Source: Eledone cirrhosa (taxonomy: Eukaryota). From it: DNA of 64,000 nt. A program made the translations under genes and the position numbers. The notes below the pieces were generated by a model. It saw only the letters and a program-made list of their open reading frames with translations, ran no database searches and was not told the origin of the DNA. Below, piece after piece: positions 1 through 15,029 of this stretch. The stretch is taken from assembly GCA_964016885.1 (NCBI GenBank), contig OZ024755.1:37200001-37264000 (forward strand). The letters run 5' to 3'. The first letter of the stretch is position 1; every line of letters begins with the position of its first letter.

Positions 1-446
1 TGATACAGGGACAAAGTCAACAATTTTTTTGAGAAGTGGATGTCGATTAAATTGAACCTACTACATTACTGGTACTTTACATTATATGATCTCGTAAGGT
101 TGAAAGTCAAAGCTAACCTGGGCGGTATTTGAACTCAGAACGTAAAGGGACCTATCTCTATGCTGCAAAGCATGTTGTCTGGCTCTCTACCGATTCTCTC
201 AATCCACCACCCTAATTTAGGAAATAATTATTGGTTTCTTATATAGGCACAAGGCCAGCAATTTTCGGGGAGGGGAAAGTCGATTAAATCGACTCCAGTT
301 CGTGACTGGTACTTTATTTTATCGACCCCGTAAGGATGAAAGGCAAAGTTAACCTTGGCGGGATTTGAACTCAGATCATAAAGGGCCATAACTCTATGCT
401 GCAAAGCATGGCGTCCGACCCTCTACCGATACTGCCAATCCACCGC
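1..446 (-). mobile_element. Two adjacent copies of tRNA-derived SINE family A (older copy ~1-212, better copy ~226-446)
   Basis: Reverse complement of the consensus GGCGGTGGATTGGCAGTATCGGTAGAGGG...GAGTTCAAATCCCGCC (A/B-box-like head), body CTTTGCCTTTCATCCTTACGGGGTCGATAAAATAAAGTACCAG, tail GGCCTTGTGCC...GAAACAATTATT. Confidence 0.85.
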
Positions 447-571
447 AAATAATTATTGCAAAGTTGGCTCCTTAACCATTCGGTTATGTACCCTATGTTA
501 ACTTACTTATAAATACGTATTTTTCTCTCTTAACAATTAACTAACCATTTGTTTTGTCTTTTCTTTTGCAG

Positions 572-679
572 GCAACGTTGAATAAATTTACAAGTTCTGG
601 GAAGCCATTATTGTTACCTCATGAATCACATGAACAACCAAATATAAATACATTAAGTATGAGAAGTAGAGTAAGATGA
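572..679 (+). CDS. Possible terminal coding exon of an unidentified host gene (ATLNKFTSSGKPLLLPHESHEQPNINTLSMRSRVR*)
   Basis: ACTAAC branch-like motif at 540-545, polypyrimidine tract, CAG acceptor at 569-571. Only phase 0 stays open (to TGA 677-679). AT-rich downstream region with AATAAA near 1040 and 1074. No recognisable homology. Confidence 0.4.
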   Translation, partial: ATLNKFTSSGKPLLLPHESHEQPNINTLSMRSRVR

Positions 680-1420
680 AAGACGTAAACAACATCAGCA
701 ACAACTACTAAACAATAATATATGTGAAAAGATAATACAGATTTGTTCGTGATACTATAAGGCGATGAAAAAAAAAGAACAAAAAAACACAGATTTGATT
801 GACATGAAAAACAAACAGTCGGGCAACGGCATGTCACAACATTAAAAGCAATTATTTTATTTTCCAATTTTTAAGATCTCTCTTGATGAAACACTACACA
901 CTGTTAAATAAATTATTATTTAAGATTATTGGAATTTCTTATCGTTTTTCTTACTTCTTAACCGTTTTATATATCTTTTAAAATATAATTAAGTTGGAGT
1001 TAGAAACAATTTAAATTTTCTTTCAGCAGAACAACATACAATAAAGTGAAACCATAACTGAAACACAATCTACAATAAATCTTACATATATTTAATTTTT
1101 TTATATGCTGACCTGATTATTTTCGCTATTGAGCTTTTCTTTAGGTGTCAAGCTGTTTAATTCGTGAAAACAATTGTTTTAACAGGTTTTTATACGTGTT
1201 TAATTCTTGCTTTTAGTATCAGAAAGATAAACATTTATCACAAACAATTTAGTCCTTTTATATACAGTTTAAATTTTACCTTTACCTTTCAGTTATAACT
1301 TCCATTCAACTAATATTTCACTCAGTATGTTGTATTCCATATTCTCTATTTTTTTTTCTACTCTTGCCAATAATAGATGTTAAAAATAATAGCCTTTTAC
1401 AACAAATGATATACAGTCCA

Positions 1421-2028
1421 TCTACATAATACTAAAAGTCTGTGATTGCTTGCTTGCTTGTCTGTAATGCAATACAGCCAAAAGGGCGCATAATGGAAAA
1501 ATACTTTGAAAGGAAGTTGCCCTGAAATAGGAATACAAATGGAATAAAACAAGTTTCGCGTAAATCGGATCAAGGGGTTCCCGAGATATAGGGTTTTTCC
1601 GGTTACCTTCATAAACAGAAAGAGAGAGAAAGAGACAGATGAAGAGATAGTGGTTGTGAGAGAGTAGATTGAAAGAGAGACAGAGGGAGAGGAGACAGAG
1701 AAGAAGAATGGAAGAGAGAGAGAGCTGGTCGCGTTGTTGTGTGCATATATATATATATGTGAGTGTGTGTGTGTATATATATGTGTGTGTGTGTGTGTCT
1801 ATGACCAGTGTATATAGATCGCAGACACCCATATACGTATATATATATACACGCACACATACATATATATATATTTACAAACACACACATTTATATATAC
1901 ATACACACACGTATATATATGGGCATTCCAGTTTCATTTCATATTATATACATGTTTGTGTATATTAGAATTATTAAAAAAAATATATTTTGAAGTGAAT
2001 GTGACCCAACGGGTCACGGGTGGTCTAG
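1421..2028 (+). mobile_element. Non-autonomous Helitron, copy 1
   Basis: 5' TC after A, 3' hairpin GTGACCC-aac-GGGTCAC (2001-2017), terminal CTAG (2025-2028) followed by T, no TSD. Homologous copies at 53983 and 57254. Confidence 0.8.
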
Positions 2029-2339
2029 TATTATATAGTTTTCGTATTCCAACTCTAAATAAATGGTAATCCATGCATATAACATTCAAAATATGTGCGA
2101 GTTCAGTAAAGTAAACACAAACGCCATATTATGCTGCTGTTTGATCCAATGGGAATCATCAAATGACAAAATAAATTCCTGGCGTTCATGTTTGCCTTGA
2201 GTTAAAATTGCAAATTTTAATGGATTTTCTTCCGAAATTCAGGACTTTTAGAAAACGGGGATTAACTATAGGTAGAGAAATATGGCTAGAGTTGAACAAA
2301 ATTGCATGTGAAATGAAAGTCAGAATAATTTGTCAATCA

Positions 2340-2527
2340 ACTTCGTCAAATCGGACCGAGGAAACAATATTTCCGTTGGTCTTTCCAATTGCTAATACTA
2401 TCTATCGGTCGCAACGTGAAATAAAGTGTCTTGCTGAAGGACATAAGGCATCACCCGGTCCAGAAATCAAACTGACAACCTCACGATTACGAATCCAGTT
2501 CTCTAACCAATCAGCCACATGCCTTCA
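2340..2527 (-). mobile_element. tRNA-derived SINE family B
   Basis: Reverse complement of the family at 3790-3975 and 59557-59765 (GTGGCTGATTGGTTAG head, TGTCCTT..GCAAGACACTTTATTTCACGTTG body, TTCCTCGGTCCGATTTGACGAA tail). Confidence 0.75.
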
Positions 2528-2751
2528 CAAGTCAAAATCTTAGTTGATAAAGCTAAACATTTTAATTTAGATGTGAGGAATTTCCTCAGTTATTTTAATG
2601 TAAGGTGAGTAAATTGTTTATGAGTCTTATTTCTAACGTTTCTGTGTTATTATTTCTAACGTTTCTGTGTTATTAATCTATTATTAATCGGGTCAAGCCT
2701 TCTATGCAGGTAACACGTATCTTTGATTTGATTTAATTTAACATTAATATT

Positions 2752-2924
2752 AATTGTTTCTACTTTTTGGCACAAGTGCATTACTGGTACTTTATTTATC
2801 GACCCCATAAGGATGAAAGGCAAAGTTAACCCCGGCGGGATTTGAACTCAGAATAGCAAGGGCCGTTACTCTATGCGTCAAAGCATGGCGTCCGACCCTC
2901 TACCGATACTGCCAATCCACCGCC
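2752..2924 (-). mobile_element. SINE family A
   Basis: Matches family A consensus in reverse. Confidence 0.85.
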
Positions 2925-3789
2925 AGAATGTGAGATGAGTTGTGTAAAAAGATCTTTTACAATTCTGTAAAACACGTGTTTCAGCTTGACAAGGCAACAG
3001 CTTGAAATGGTGACTTGCAATATCAAAATTATGAAAAAAATGGTGAAATATCACATGGTTGGCATGTTTCCTCTATCTTCAACATTTCCAAATTCTCGTT
3101 GAGAGATCTTTATTCGACTGATTCTCAGCTTATATTTGACTGTAATATTTTACTTATCATTGGCTGAGATATTGCTTTGTATAATGTATCAAACAAGAAA
3201 CTTTAGTAGAGTACTATAGACAATCGAATTGAACCCAACACATAGATGGCATATCAGTATTTTATCAAATACTGATGGGAAACTAAAACCTGGCAATCTA
3301 AAGTTCGTGCCACTTGCCATTTTTTAAAAAATATTACCAACATATTGGTGGTTTTATATAACTTAGTAATTTCTTTTAACTTCTTATTGAATTTATAGAC
3401 ATTTGGATAGGTCTAGTTGATTTAATTCGCCCCCGCCTGTAACTAGTTCAACTTTATTCATCAACCAAATACAGGATGAAAGTCAAAATCAACTTTGACG
3501 TCATGCAAATTGTGCAACGTCAGACAAATTCTTACGATAAGAGTTAAATACAAAAAAGAAAAGCATTAAATCATGATCATGACAGTCATAATATTCAGTC
3601 TTAAGACCTCTTAATTAATTGAAGCCTGTCGACTAGATCATCTATTGCTTCATATATGCTTTTTGCTTGAGAACGTCTGCCAAAACTATATTTCCAATAA
3701 GTCGTCCATATTGAGAAGACAGCAATGATTGAAACTGGTTCAACCCAACCAGGATGAGCACTAACTTGGATATTGATATTACATACTGA

Positions 3790-3975
3790 AGGCTCGTGGC
3801 TGAGTGGTTAGAAAATTGGATTCGCAATCAAGAAGTGGTGAGTTCGATTCTCCGACCGAACGATACGTTGTGTCCTTGGGCAAGACTTTTTATTTCTCGT
3901 TGCGACTGATAGAGAGTATTAGCAATTAGAAAGACCAACGGAAACATTTGTTTCCTCGGTCCGATTTGACGAATG
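3790..3975 (+). mobile_element. tRNA-derived SINE family B
   Basis: A-box-like TGGCTGAGTGG, B-box-like GAGTTCGATTC, body TGTGTCCTTGGGCAAGAC, shared 3' tail. Confidence 0.8.
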
Positions 3976-5354
3976 TCGACCGACTGTCGATACTAGAACA
4001 TTGCCTCATATTTCTACTGTATCCCATTAAATAAAGCATACTAATAGATTAGAGTTTGTTTTATAGAATCCTAGCAGAAAGTCGACAAAGTCACACACAT
4101 GGAATTTTGACTCAGAATCTACTTGTTAATCATTTAATATGGAATATAACTCCGTAGTTTTCGACTACAAAACAGCAAGTTTAACATCTCCCCACTCCAC
4201 GTATATCTTGTTGACGCAATGTTGATTTAGGAGTTAAACATGTTAGATTCGCAATCATAAGGTTCTGGATTTCGTCCCATTGCAGGGAATCTTTTTTTTT
4301 TACCATAGCCTCGAGTCTATACAAGATTGTGAGTGAAATTAGACGCAAACTGTTTAGCAATTCGTTGGGTGTAGTCTTTATGTAGTTCAAAGATTTGTTT
4401 ATCACACAATGTCTTATAATGATTCTGCATGAGAATTATGTTATGGGTTTACATTTTGTGGAATACTCAGGCAATTACTTAAATTAACAATAATGTTAAT
4501 TTAACGCGGAGAATACTCAGTTGCTCAAATAAATAAATGTTCAACTTCGAAATAGACTGAGGCCCATCATATGTATTGATGAATGTGTAGTGTTGCAAGC
4601 GTCTCCCGGTATGAGGCTAATCAATAAACACTGGGTTTTCCCTCCCTTTTCCAACACCAGTCACCAAAGTCCTGCAAACGTCTGACTAAGTTCCTCTGAC
4701 TAAGTCACAAATGTTGATCTGTTTATGGCTAAGAGATTTCTTTTAATATCATAACATTGAAAGGTTCAATCGGTTGGCATAAACGAAAAAACATCAAATT
4801 ATTTGTAGTTCTTGTTTTGTTTTCGCTATTTAGCCCCAAATTAACCTATTGATTTGAACTTCGATCAAATCGGTTCAAAGTGTGGTCGGGCTGCTTGATT
4901 TTGTCATGTAACCAGCTCCATATTATCTAAAGAGCCTCTACCCTATTGAAACAGTTTAGTATGGTTGGGAAAATATTTGCCTATTATTTCTAGGAAGTTT
5001 AGTAACAGCGTTAAGGTCTCAACATTAACTGAAGGGTTTGTTATTTAGCTTCAGTTCTTTTCTGAACGGTTGAACGGACCCTCCAGACGAGCACAGCCCC
5101 ACGTTTATTATCAGATAGTGTATCATGGACGAATCTTCCAACGTTTCCCTTCTAAAATGAAATCAAGGGGAGTGAGATTTGAAGAAGTTTTGACTGTTAC
5201 TTCGAAAAATTTGAGTTACCTTATTGAAACTCATTCACCTACTGTGCGGTGTTTATTGGTATCGTTTCAAAATATATATTGTAAGTTCAATATCGCCCAA
5301 TTTAGTGACTTTCGCTTCCTCAAATCGACAACAAAGAGGCGCCGAAAGGAAATG

Positions 5355-5690
5355 ATGGACATCCTAGACATACAATGCAACGGGAGGAAACAATAGCACC
5401 ACTGACGATGTTGCAGATGTGCAACGAAAGATTTATGATAAACTATATATCTGTGTTTGTGTCTATATTGTATCTGTATTATTTTTGACCGTCGGTCAGT
5501 CAATGGCAACATTGAGGACCGAGTAAATTAGATTACCGATATAAAAGTCACAGAAGCGAAAACCAACCAAACAGTGAGTGTGTTCTGTTATTAATTCTGG
5601 CAATATTACACAAATATGACCCTCCCCAAGTATAACAATATTTGTTTCGACACACGATTACATATAAAAAACCTCGCAAATCTAATTCAT
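5355..5690 (+). mobile_element. Solo copy of the putative pseudo-LTR of the PLE at 26131-28015, with HHR-like core
   Basis: Near-identical to 28233-28525 and 31693-32030. CTGACGA(5402-5408)-tGTTGCA gatg TGCAAC-GAAA(5426-5429). Ends in (TA)n. Confidence 0.7.
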
Positions 5691-5696
5691 ATATAT

Positions 5697-5807
<111 letters not shown>

Positions 5808-6364
5808 CATATATATATACATATATATATACACATATATATATATATATACATATATACATATATATATATACATATATAGAATAAGAAAATGTGAAGT
5901 AGTTTCAGATGTTAAAGATCATGATGTGATACATATTTCAATGACGACAGTCGCCTCACGTTTCGGTGTGCCCTTGAGTCCCAATTCACCCACACCGGTC
6001 TACGCAGGCGCAAGTCCGAAGGAACTTGACGATCAACTACCCCAAAATTCTACGAAATTCGCCTAGGAAGCCCCCCCCCCCCCCCCCTCGTCAACAAACA
6101 ATCCAGGTCTGTAAAATGAAACGGTTACATTCCCCTGCCAGTGGCAGTTGGCCGAAAGCTAGTGGGGGTGGGAGAGTATGAGTTTCAATAGGTCTCAATA
6201 CTACCCCTAAATTAAGCATGGACAATAGAATTGACCATCAACGGTTAAGAGAATATATACTTATTTCTAGGTATTATGGTTTCACAGGGGAAATTATGAT
6301 TGAGAATTAGAAATTAAAATCAAAAATCAAAAATTAAAAAATTAAAAAAATTACAAGTTAAAAT

Positions 6365-7358
6365 CACACCCCACACGCACATACCCACCTGTACATATAT
6401 GCACGCACTAACACTATCCACACACCCTACTACCACCACTAATCCTCACCCATATATCCACTCCGACCACCCCATAACTAATATCACTAACATCCCCCCC
6501 GACCGCACGCACACGAACACACACCATCACACACACTCCCACCCACCTACGTACACCACCCACTCTACACACCCAACCACCACTAACCCCCACTTTACAC
6601 ACCCGCATTCAACCCTTTCCCCACCACCAGTAATACTAATACCCACTAACACTCCACCACACACACACTCATCTAAACACGCACACACACCAGTACACTA
6701 CACTCCCTCCTCCGTCCCCAATACCTTTTCTCTCCCCCCGCTCCACTTACACCCCTTCACACACATACATCCCACTAACACCTCCACTAATATACACCCC
6801 ATAACCCCACATCACCACCCTCCCCCTCCTCCTTTCAAACCTACCCACCCTCTCCCTTGTCCACCGCACCTCCGCACACTCAGACACAGTTCACACCACA
6901 TACAGACCTTTTCTTCACTTGTCAACCTCCGCTAGTGATATCTCTTCACCCTGCCTTGACCAGCAGACCACTTCCTGTTGCGTGCGCACCCCACATCTAT
7001 CCACTCCGCACCACCACCACCACAAAAGGATTTCACACCACCGGTCATCGTTCCAGCTATCCACTCTATAACAGGAGAAATATCCGACATCTTATCGCAC
7101 ACTACGCGGAACTACTTTAGGAACATACCCACGAACAAACACTCACATTTTTTTCAGAACCACGCCACCTACATTCACACTACGTATAAACACAAACGCA
7201 CACGCGCGTATCCCCACATACACACACTCAGCCTCCGGAATCCCCCCACCTTCTGACCCCTCTCCATCCACACGCACACACCGACTTACACCCCATCCCA
7301 CGTACACACCGGTTCTCCTTTACCTGAACATGGAACCTCGTTCTTCCCCCAACTCTCA

Positions 7359-7393
<35 letters not shown>

Positions 7394-7750
7394 CTACACA
7401 CATGAACAAACACCACCTTTAGCGCTCCCCGCTCGGACCCCCCACCTCCCTCTCCCAACTCCACCCACCACCACCCCCTACACGCCACACACCCTTCCAC
7501 CACTTGTTTATTTTTATATTTATTTTTATTTTTATTTGTACTTCTAAAATCGTTTTTCCTCCCTTTTCTCTACCCCCCTTTTTTAAATGTATTTCCACCA
7601 CCACCCCACACACCCTCGGAACTCTCTTCCTCTCCACTTTTCTCCCGATGAAGGGCTTATGCCCGAAACGACCCCACTCCACTCTCAAAAGCGTGAACCT
7701 AATAAACTCATATTTGTACTGCCTCTCTGTTTTTGTTCCTGTCTAAGATT
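6365..7750 (+). other. C/A-rich low-complexity segment ending in a degenerate minimal HHR motif (CCGATGAagggcttatgcccGAAACG at ~7645-7670). Probable old PLE 3' end.
   Basis: Strand-biased composition. HHR-like core with GGGC/GCCC stem II and a U4-to-C change. Followed by (TA)n. Confidence 0.4.
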
Positions 7751-7889
7751 TAACTATATATATACATATATATATATACATATATATACATATATATATA
7801 TATATACATACACACATATATATATATATATATACATACACACATATATATATATATATACACATATATATATATACATAATGAAAACT

Positions 7890-8925
7890 TAAATTATGTT
7901 AGTTTTTATTCTAATCATCCTAAAAGTGTTAAGAATGTGATAGTCAATATTGTACAACAAAGAATCTCCAGACTTTCTGCTAATAGATCCATATTTAATA
8001 GTAAGGCTGTATATTATAATGAAGCGCTACATAAAGCAGGATATAACAATAACGTTGAGTATATAGATAAAAATACTGAAATCCATCAAAATAAAATTAA
8101 TTATAATCATCATAAAAATGAATATAAACACAAGAACTGGATGAATAAATCAAAGAAGAAAGTAAGAATTAGATCTATAATTTGGTATGCACCGCCAGCA
8201 TCCTTAGGTATTAAGACACCTGTAGCACACTAATTCTTTAAGGCTTTAGCTAAATGCTTCCCTAGATTTCATAAATATTACCCTATCTTCAATAGACACA
8301 CAGTTAAACTCTCTTACTCAACTACTATGAATATTGCTCAAAATATACCAAAAATAAATAATAAGAATCTAAAATCAAACTAACCTCTACTAAAAAATAA
8401 TAATAGTCTAAACATGAATGATAGTATAATGCCTTTAAATAGCAATACGAATGGTATAATACCGTTAAATAACAATGAGAATAATTGTAATTGTAGAAAT
8501 AGGTAGAAATAGCTAGAAATAATTGTCTTGATAAAAACCTTGTATATAAATGTACCATTAAGGCAAATGGTAATGTATATAATTACATAGGTGTCACTTG
8601 ATTTAAATTTAAGGACCATTGGTATAATCACAAGCATACTTTTAATAGACCGGATAAAACATTTTCAACTTAACTTTCACAATTAGTATGTTCTTTAAAT
8701 AACATTAAATACTCCATCTCTTGGAGAAAATTAAGTTCTGTTATCCTCTACCGGAACTCTGCAATCTCAGAATTTTGCCATCTTTGCAATGAGGAAATCC
8801 TTCACATAATCACAAAGTATGACAATTTAATCAACAAAAAGAATGAATTATTTAGTAGTTGTAATCATAAAATTGGTAAGACTTTCCAGGCAATATACCA
8901 GTTCCAAAAAAATAAGGACAAATAA
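7890..8925 (+). pseudogene. Decayed Penelope-like element fragment (RT thumb, linker, GIY-YIG endonuclease)
   Basis: SNHPKSVK..RISRLSAN..YYNEALHKAGY, IIWYAPP, IFNRHTVKLSYS, NCNCR..CLDKNLVYKC..NYIGV. Stops and frameshifts present. Confidence 0.8.
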
Positions 8926-9934
8926 CACCTTAAATATATGTAAATTCTGCCTAATTGAAGTAATAATCTATAGATATTTATATGTAATAGCATAACCTCA
9001 TTGAGAGTTTTTTTTATACTATGAATTGATTAGGATAGCTCACTATTTAATTAGACATCAATTAAGATATATATTTTAGATATGTTGAGGATCTTAAAAA
9101 ATTGTTGGACGAGAGTATAGATATTCCCTCTAAGTTAAAAAAATGTTTTACATTGTAAAAGAGTTATCTTCCTTTTGTTTACATTGTCCGTACATTTTAT
9201 TAGCTTGCAAAAAAAATAGATTAATAAATAATAATGAATAGTTTAATAATACATAGACTATCATTAAACTTAAACTATATATATTGGAATAATTAAGTAT
9301 CGAAGTAAATATAAATATAACCCTTCATTAAGTGAAATAAAGTTTATGGAGAGTAATTATAATTAATTATAATCATAGTTAGATTTAAAAAAATAAATGA
9401 AACTTAAAAATAACGAAGTTTCACATAAAGTAGAATTTTGAATTAATTTAGATGATAAATGAACAAAATATATTATATATTGATGTGGATATATACATTT
9501 TTGATATATCTTAATACATATTTAATAGATATTTAATAAGCATTAAAGATAAATTGTTTAATTGTTACAATATGATGCTAAATAGAATATCTTACCTTGT
9601 CATAATCTAAAATGAGTTAAATTGAATTAAATTAATTTAAGCATATAAATTATTAATGAACTTAAATATTCGATTGCCTAATAATCTAGCTATATTATAA
9701 ACTTATAATTAACTGAAGCGTAATCCAATACAAGCGGTATTCACTGATAACTAATAAGAAACATTTTTTAAATTTTGAATTTTTCTCTAGCATTTAAAAC
9801 AACGAGATTTTGTATTCTCTCCTTTACTTTATCTTTTCCTTTTCCTTTACTTCTTCTCTGTATTTCCTGTCTTTTCTCTCCGCATCTTCCCTTTTCTTCT
9901 TTTCTTTATTTCCTTATCCATGTATTCCCAATCG

Positions 9935-12172
9935 TATTCTTAAAATCGTAACCCACCCTCGTGGAGGCCCTCCGATTGGTCGTTTCCGCTCGCGCGGGTA
10001 CCACTCGGCAACTGCGCGGGTCCACTGATTATCGGTGAACCGGGCGACGTGTCCAGCCCATCTGAACTTGCTGCGCATATATTCCGTGATGACGTCCCTC
10101 ACGCCGGACTTCTGTCTGATGACTTTGCTTCTGATATGCTCTCTCAACGAGATTCCTAGCATTGAGATCTCCATGGCTCTTTGAGCCGTTACCAGCCCCT
10201 GCTCTTCTCTCTTCGTTGTAGCCCAAGTTTAACTGCCATATAACATTGCAGGTAAAACTGTGCTATTGAAGAGGTTGGCGCGGGTGGTCTTGTCCAACCT
10301 CCCCTTGAGCACATCCCTTATGCCGTTGAACTTCTTCCATCTGGCCCTTACTCTCCGCGAGACCTCCCTCTCAATGTCTCGTCGCATGTTCACTTCTTGT
10401 CCCAGGTAGACACATTCCTCCAGCTCCTCTATTTCATCACCGCCAACCACCATTCGACCTGTTGGACGTTGTGGGACCGCATGAACTTCGTTTTGATGCC
10501 GTTCATCTTGAGGCCTACTGCAGAGCTTTTGATGTCGAGCTCCGTCAGCATGGTCTGAAGCTGATTCGTGGTTTCAGCGATGAGTACGATGTCATCAGCG
10601 AAACGAAGGTGGGTAAGTATCTCGCCGTTGATGTTGACACCGCCTTGTTAGTCAATGCCTCTGATGATCTGTTCGAGACACGCGGTGAAAAGTTTTGGAG
10701 AGATCGTATCGCCTTGCTTCACTCCATTCTCGACCGGTACTCGTACGGGTGATGATAGCAGAGCTATGTCGGTGGAGCATCCGGAACTCGCCTCCCTGAG
10801 CAGTTGAACGTATTGCGCCTCTATTCCTTGCCTCTGCAGCGAGTTCAGCACTGCATTGATTTCGACGCTGTCGAAGGCCTTCTCGTAGTCTACGGGCGCG
10901 ACACAAGGAGGCATCTTGTACTCTTTTGCTCACTCAAGCAGTTGTGTCAGAGTAAATATGTGGTCCATCCTGCTGTAGTTTTACCGGAAGCCGGCTTGCT
11001 CTCTCGGTTGCTGTTCGTCCAGATGAGGTGATAACCTGTTCAGGATTATCTTCGTGAATAGCTTGTACACGTGAGACAGCAGGCATATGGGTCGGTAGTC
11101 CTTAAGAACTACTCTATCGCGCTTCTTGTATAGCAGGATGGTATTCGACTCTTTCCACTGCGAGGGTATTCTTCCCTCGTCAAGATAGTGTGTGAATCGC
11201 TCGGCGAGGATTTTCCAGAGCTGCTCTCCGTCTGACTTCAACACATCCGATGTTATGCCGTCTTTCCCTGGTGCCTTTCCGCTTTTCATCAAGCCGACGG
11301 CTCTTTCGACCTCACTGACAAGGATGGGTGGCACATTTTCTTCCTGTTGGAGTGACGGCAACGGCTGCACATTCCCGGCAGACTTGAAGAGCTTGGTGTA
11401 AAAGTCTTCGCAAACCTTTTCCACCTCACTCTTGTCGCTGACCGGTACTCTAGCTGTGTTTTTCAGGGTCGTCACCTCCGATCTGTACATTGCATGTCCC
11501 TCTCGCATTTCTTGAGGCTCTTCATTTCCTTTGCGGCCTTCAGGAGCTTCTCCATCCGGTATGCCTCGAAGTCTCTCTTCAGTTGTTGACGTATCACTCT
11601 GCTGAGAAGGGAATATTCGAGGTGACCCCTTCATATTCTTCCTCTTCTTAAGCAACTTCATAGTTTCCTCCGAGACTCTTCCCTTCCGATCCCTCGGCCA
11701 CACACCCTTAGCCTTCCTCAAGCACTCCTTCAGTTTCCCTATCAGTGAGTCGTAGTCACCGTCTATGCCGTCTCCTTGACGCCACTCTTCCTGCATAATG
11801 GCTTCCTACAGCTGCGCCTCGTTGAAGACCTAGACGCGTTCTCCCTTCGACTCCAAATGCAGCGCCTTCTTCTCCCTCGTCCGGTCGATGACGACCTTCG
11901 CCCTCACCAGACGATGATCACTGCCAGCGTTGAATGGCGTTATGACGGAGACGTCCTGTAGTATGCGTCGCTTGTCGACCAAGATGTAGTCGATCTCGTT
12001 TCGGTGCTCAGAATTTGGCGATACCCACGTCCATCCCTTCTCCTTCTTCTTCCTGAATAGGCTGTTTCCGATGTAGAGCCGTCACGCCTCCGCCATGGTG
12101 ACTAAACGCTCTCCTCTCTCATTTCGGTCTCCTAGGCAGAATCTTCCGATACACTCTTCCCCTTTAGCTAGC
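9935..12172 (-). pseudogene. RTE-clade LINE, 5'-truncated and frameshifted (APE endonuclease end plus RT)
   Basis: [107 protein letters not shown]. Confidence 0.93.
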
Positions 12173-12179
12173 TTTTGAA

Positions 12180-13087
<908 letters not shown>

Positions 13088-13273
13088 CATATATATATAT
13101 ACATATACATATATATATATACATATATATATATACATATATATATATACATATATATATATACATATATATATATACATATATATATACATATACATAT
13201 ATATCATATATTTATATATATATATATATACATATATAATCAATAACAAAGAACGCCTATGGCATATGCATAT

Positions 13274-13331
13274 CTTTACTTGCTAACATTGTTTCATCCG
13301 CACTATAAGTGGGACTCATCAGAGCATAAAG
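13274..13331 (-). ncRNA. Minimal type I hammerhead ribozyme
   Basis: Minus strand ctttatgct-CTGATGA-gtcc cact tat agtg c ggat-GAAAC aat GTT-agcaagtaaag. Stem I ugcu/agca plus cuuua/uaaag. Confidence 0.75.
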
Positions 13332-13727
13332 GTTGATTACATATCACACAAGCAATAACAAATCCAAGACATTGAAGAAATAAAGGATAAAAAATAATAA
13401 AAGATAAAAAATATAAAAAATATTGAGGAAGTAAAAATAAAAATAAACATTGAAAAATAAACATTGAAAAATAAACATTGAAAAATAATTGAAAAATAAG
13501 GGGTGCTATCAGTCACAGTTGGGCGGGGTGCTGTCAACATATAGTTACATACAAGCATACACATAGATAAGAGAACAGACAAGAATAGATAAGATAGATA
13601 GGAGTAGGTAAGAATAGATAAAGAATAGGTGAAAAGTAGGTAAAAAATAGACATATAATATATATAAGAAAATATAAAAAACATACATATAAAATATACA
13701 GATAATAGTGATACAGGGTAAGGAATG

Positions 13728-13930
13728 AAATAAAATAAAATAAAATAAAATTAAAATTAAAATTATATAAAATAAAATATAATATAATATAATAATAAAA
13801 TAAGATAAAATAAAATAAAATAAAATAAAATAAAATAAAATAATATAATATAAGATATAATTAAATAAAATTAAATAAATAAAATTAAATAAAATGAAAT
13901 GAAATAAAATAAAATAAAATAAAATAAATT
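13728..13930 (+). repeat. (AAAAT)n-type microsatellite
   Basis: Direct inspection. Confidence 0.9.
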
Positions 13931-14217
13931 GAGATAAGATATATATTTTTTTAGAATATATTTCTTGAATATATCAGGGGCCCACGAAGGCCCTAAGTGT
14001 CACAGTTATCAGTATCACTTGACCATTGCAATGCAATGGAGACGTCCCAGGTTGGGCAGTCTCAAAAGTTCACTCGAAAGTCACGGGTGTGCATTCACAC
14101 AGTTGAGCGGTGGGGTAATCACAAACCGGTTCACACCCGGGCAGGAGTCCAATGGTCAACAGAGGTACATCGAAGGAAGGTAGGAGAATTCACGTGATAC
14201 ATATATATACATATATT

Positions 14218-14248
<31 letters not shown>

Positions 14249-14316
14249 ATATATACATATATATATATACATATGTATATATACATATATTTATATATAT
14301 ATATACATATACATAT

Positions 14317-14368
<52 letters not shown>

Positions 14369-14613
14369 GTATATATACATATATACATATGTATATATGT
14401 ATATGTATATATACATATATACATATACATATACATATAGATATAGATAGGTAAATATACACGGGTGTGTATGATTGTGTATAGAAGATTATATTAATAA
14501 GAGGAATTCCAACTTTGTCTGATTTACTCGTTTTATTTACAATCCTTTAAAATATATATAATATGGTATTATAATGAAATAGTATGATAGAATATTAAAT
14601 TCTAAGTGTTAAT

Positions 14614-14652
14614 TGAACAAGTACTTTCATGCTTTCGCAATCTTCAGGTTCA
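14614..14652 (-). ncRNA. Minimal type I hammerhead ribozyme downstream of the GIY-YIG ORF (PLE pseudo-LTR)
   Basis: Minus strand tgaac-CTGAAGA-t tgc gaaa gca t-GAA AGTACT T-gttca. Perfect 5-bp stem I, palindromic stem III. Confidence 0.8.
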
Positions 14653-15029
14653 TGATATGTGGTGACAGTCGAGTTTGCAATTTTCAACTGTAATGAGATG
14701 GGTAAATTTACTACCTTTTATACATTTTATACAGAGAAAAGTGGCCCCAGAATGCAAAGCCCTGTAAACTGTATTTCGACCAATCAGTGTGTAGTTTCAC
14801 TGAATTACTACAGCTGATTGGTTTAAGCGTCACGGCTGGTTGAGCATGCTAACGTCCAATAGTCATACCCAACGTATCAATTGTTTTGCTTTTTGAAATG
14901 ATGAAAATAGTATTTTCTATTAATCATCACCATCAACATCACTTTTATTATTATTATTATTATTGTTGTTGTTGTTGTTGTTAGTGGTCGTGGTCATAGT
15001 GGTAGTAGAAGTAATACCCCTAGGCGTTA

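Noticed and set aside
3790-3865. tRNA gene
   Set aside because: tRNA-like head runs into a repeated SINE body, with no full cloverleaf
6399-7256. His/Pro/Thr-rich ORFs
   Set aside because: C/A-biased low-complexity DNA, no domain
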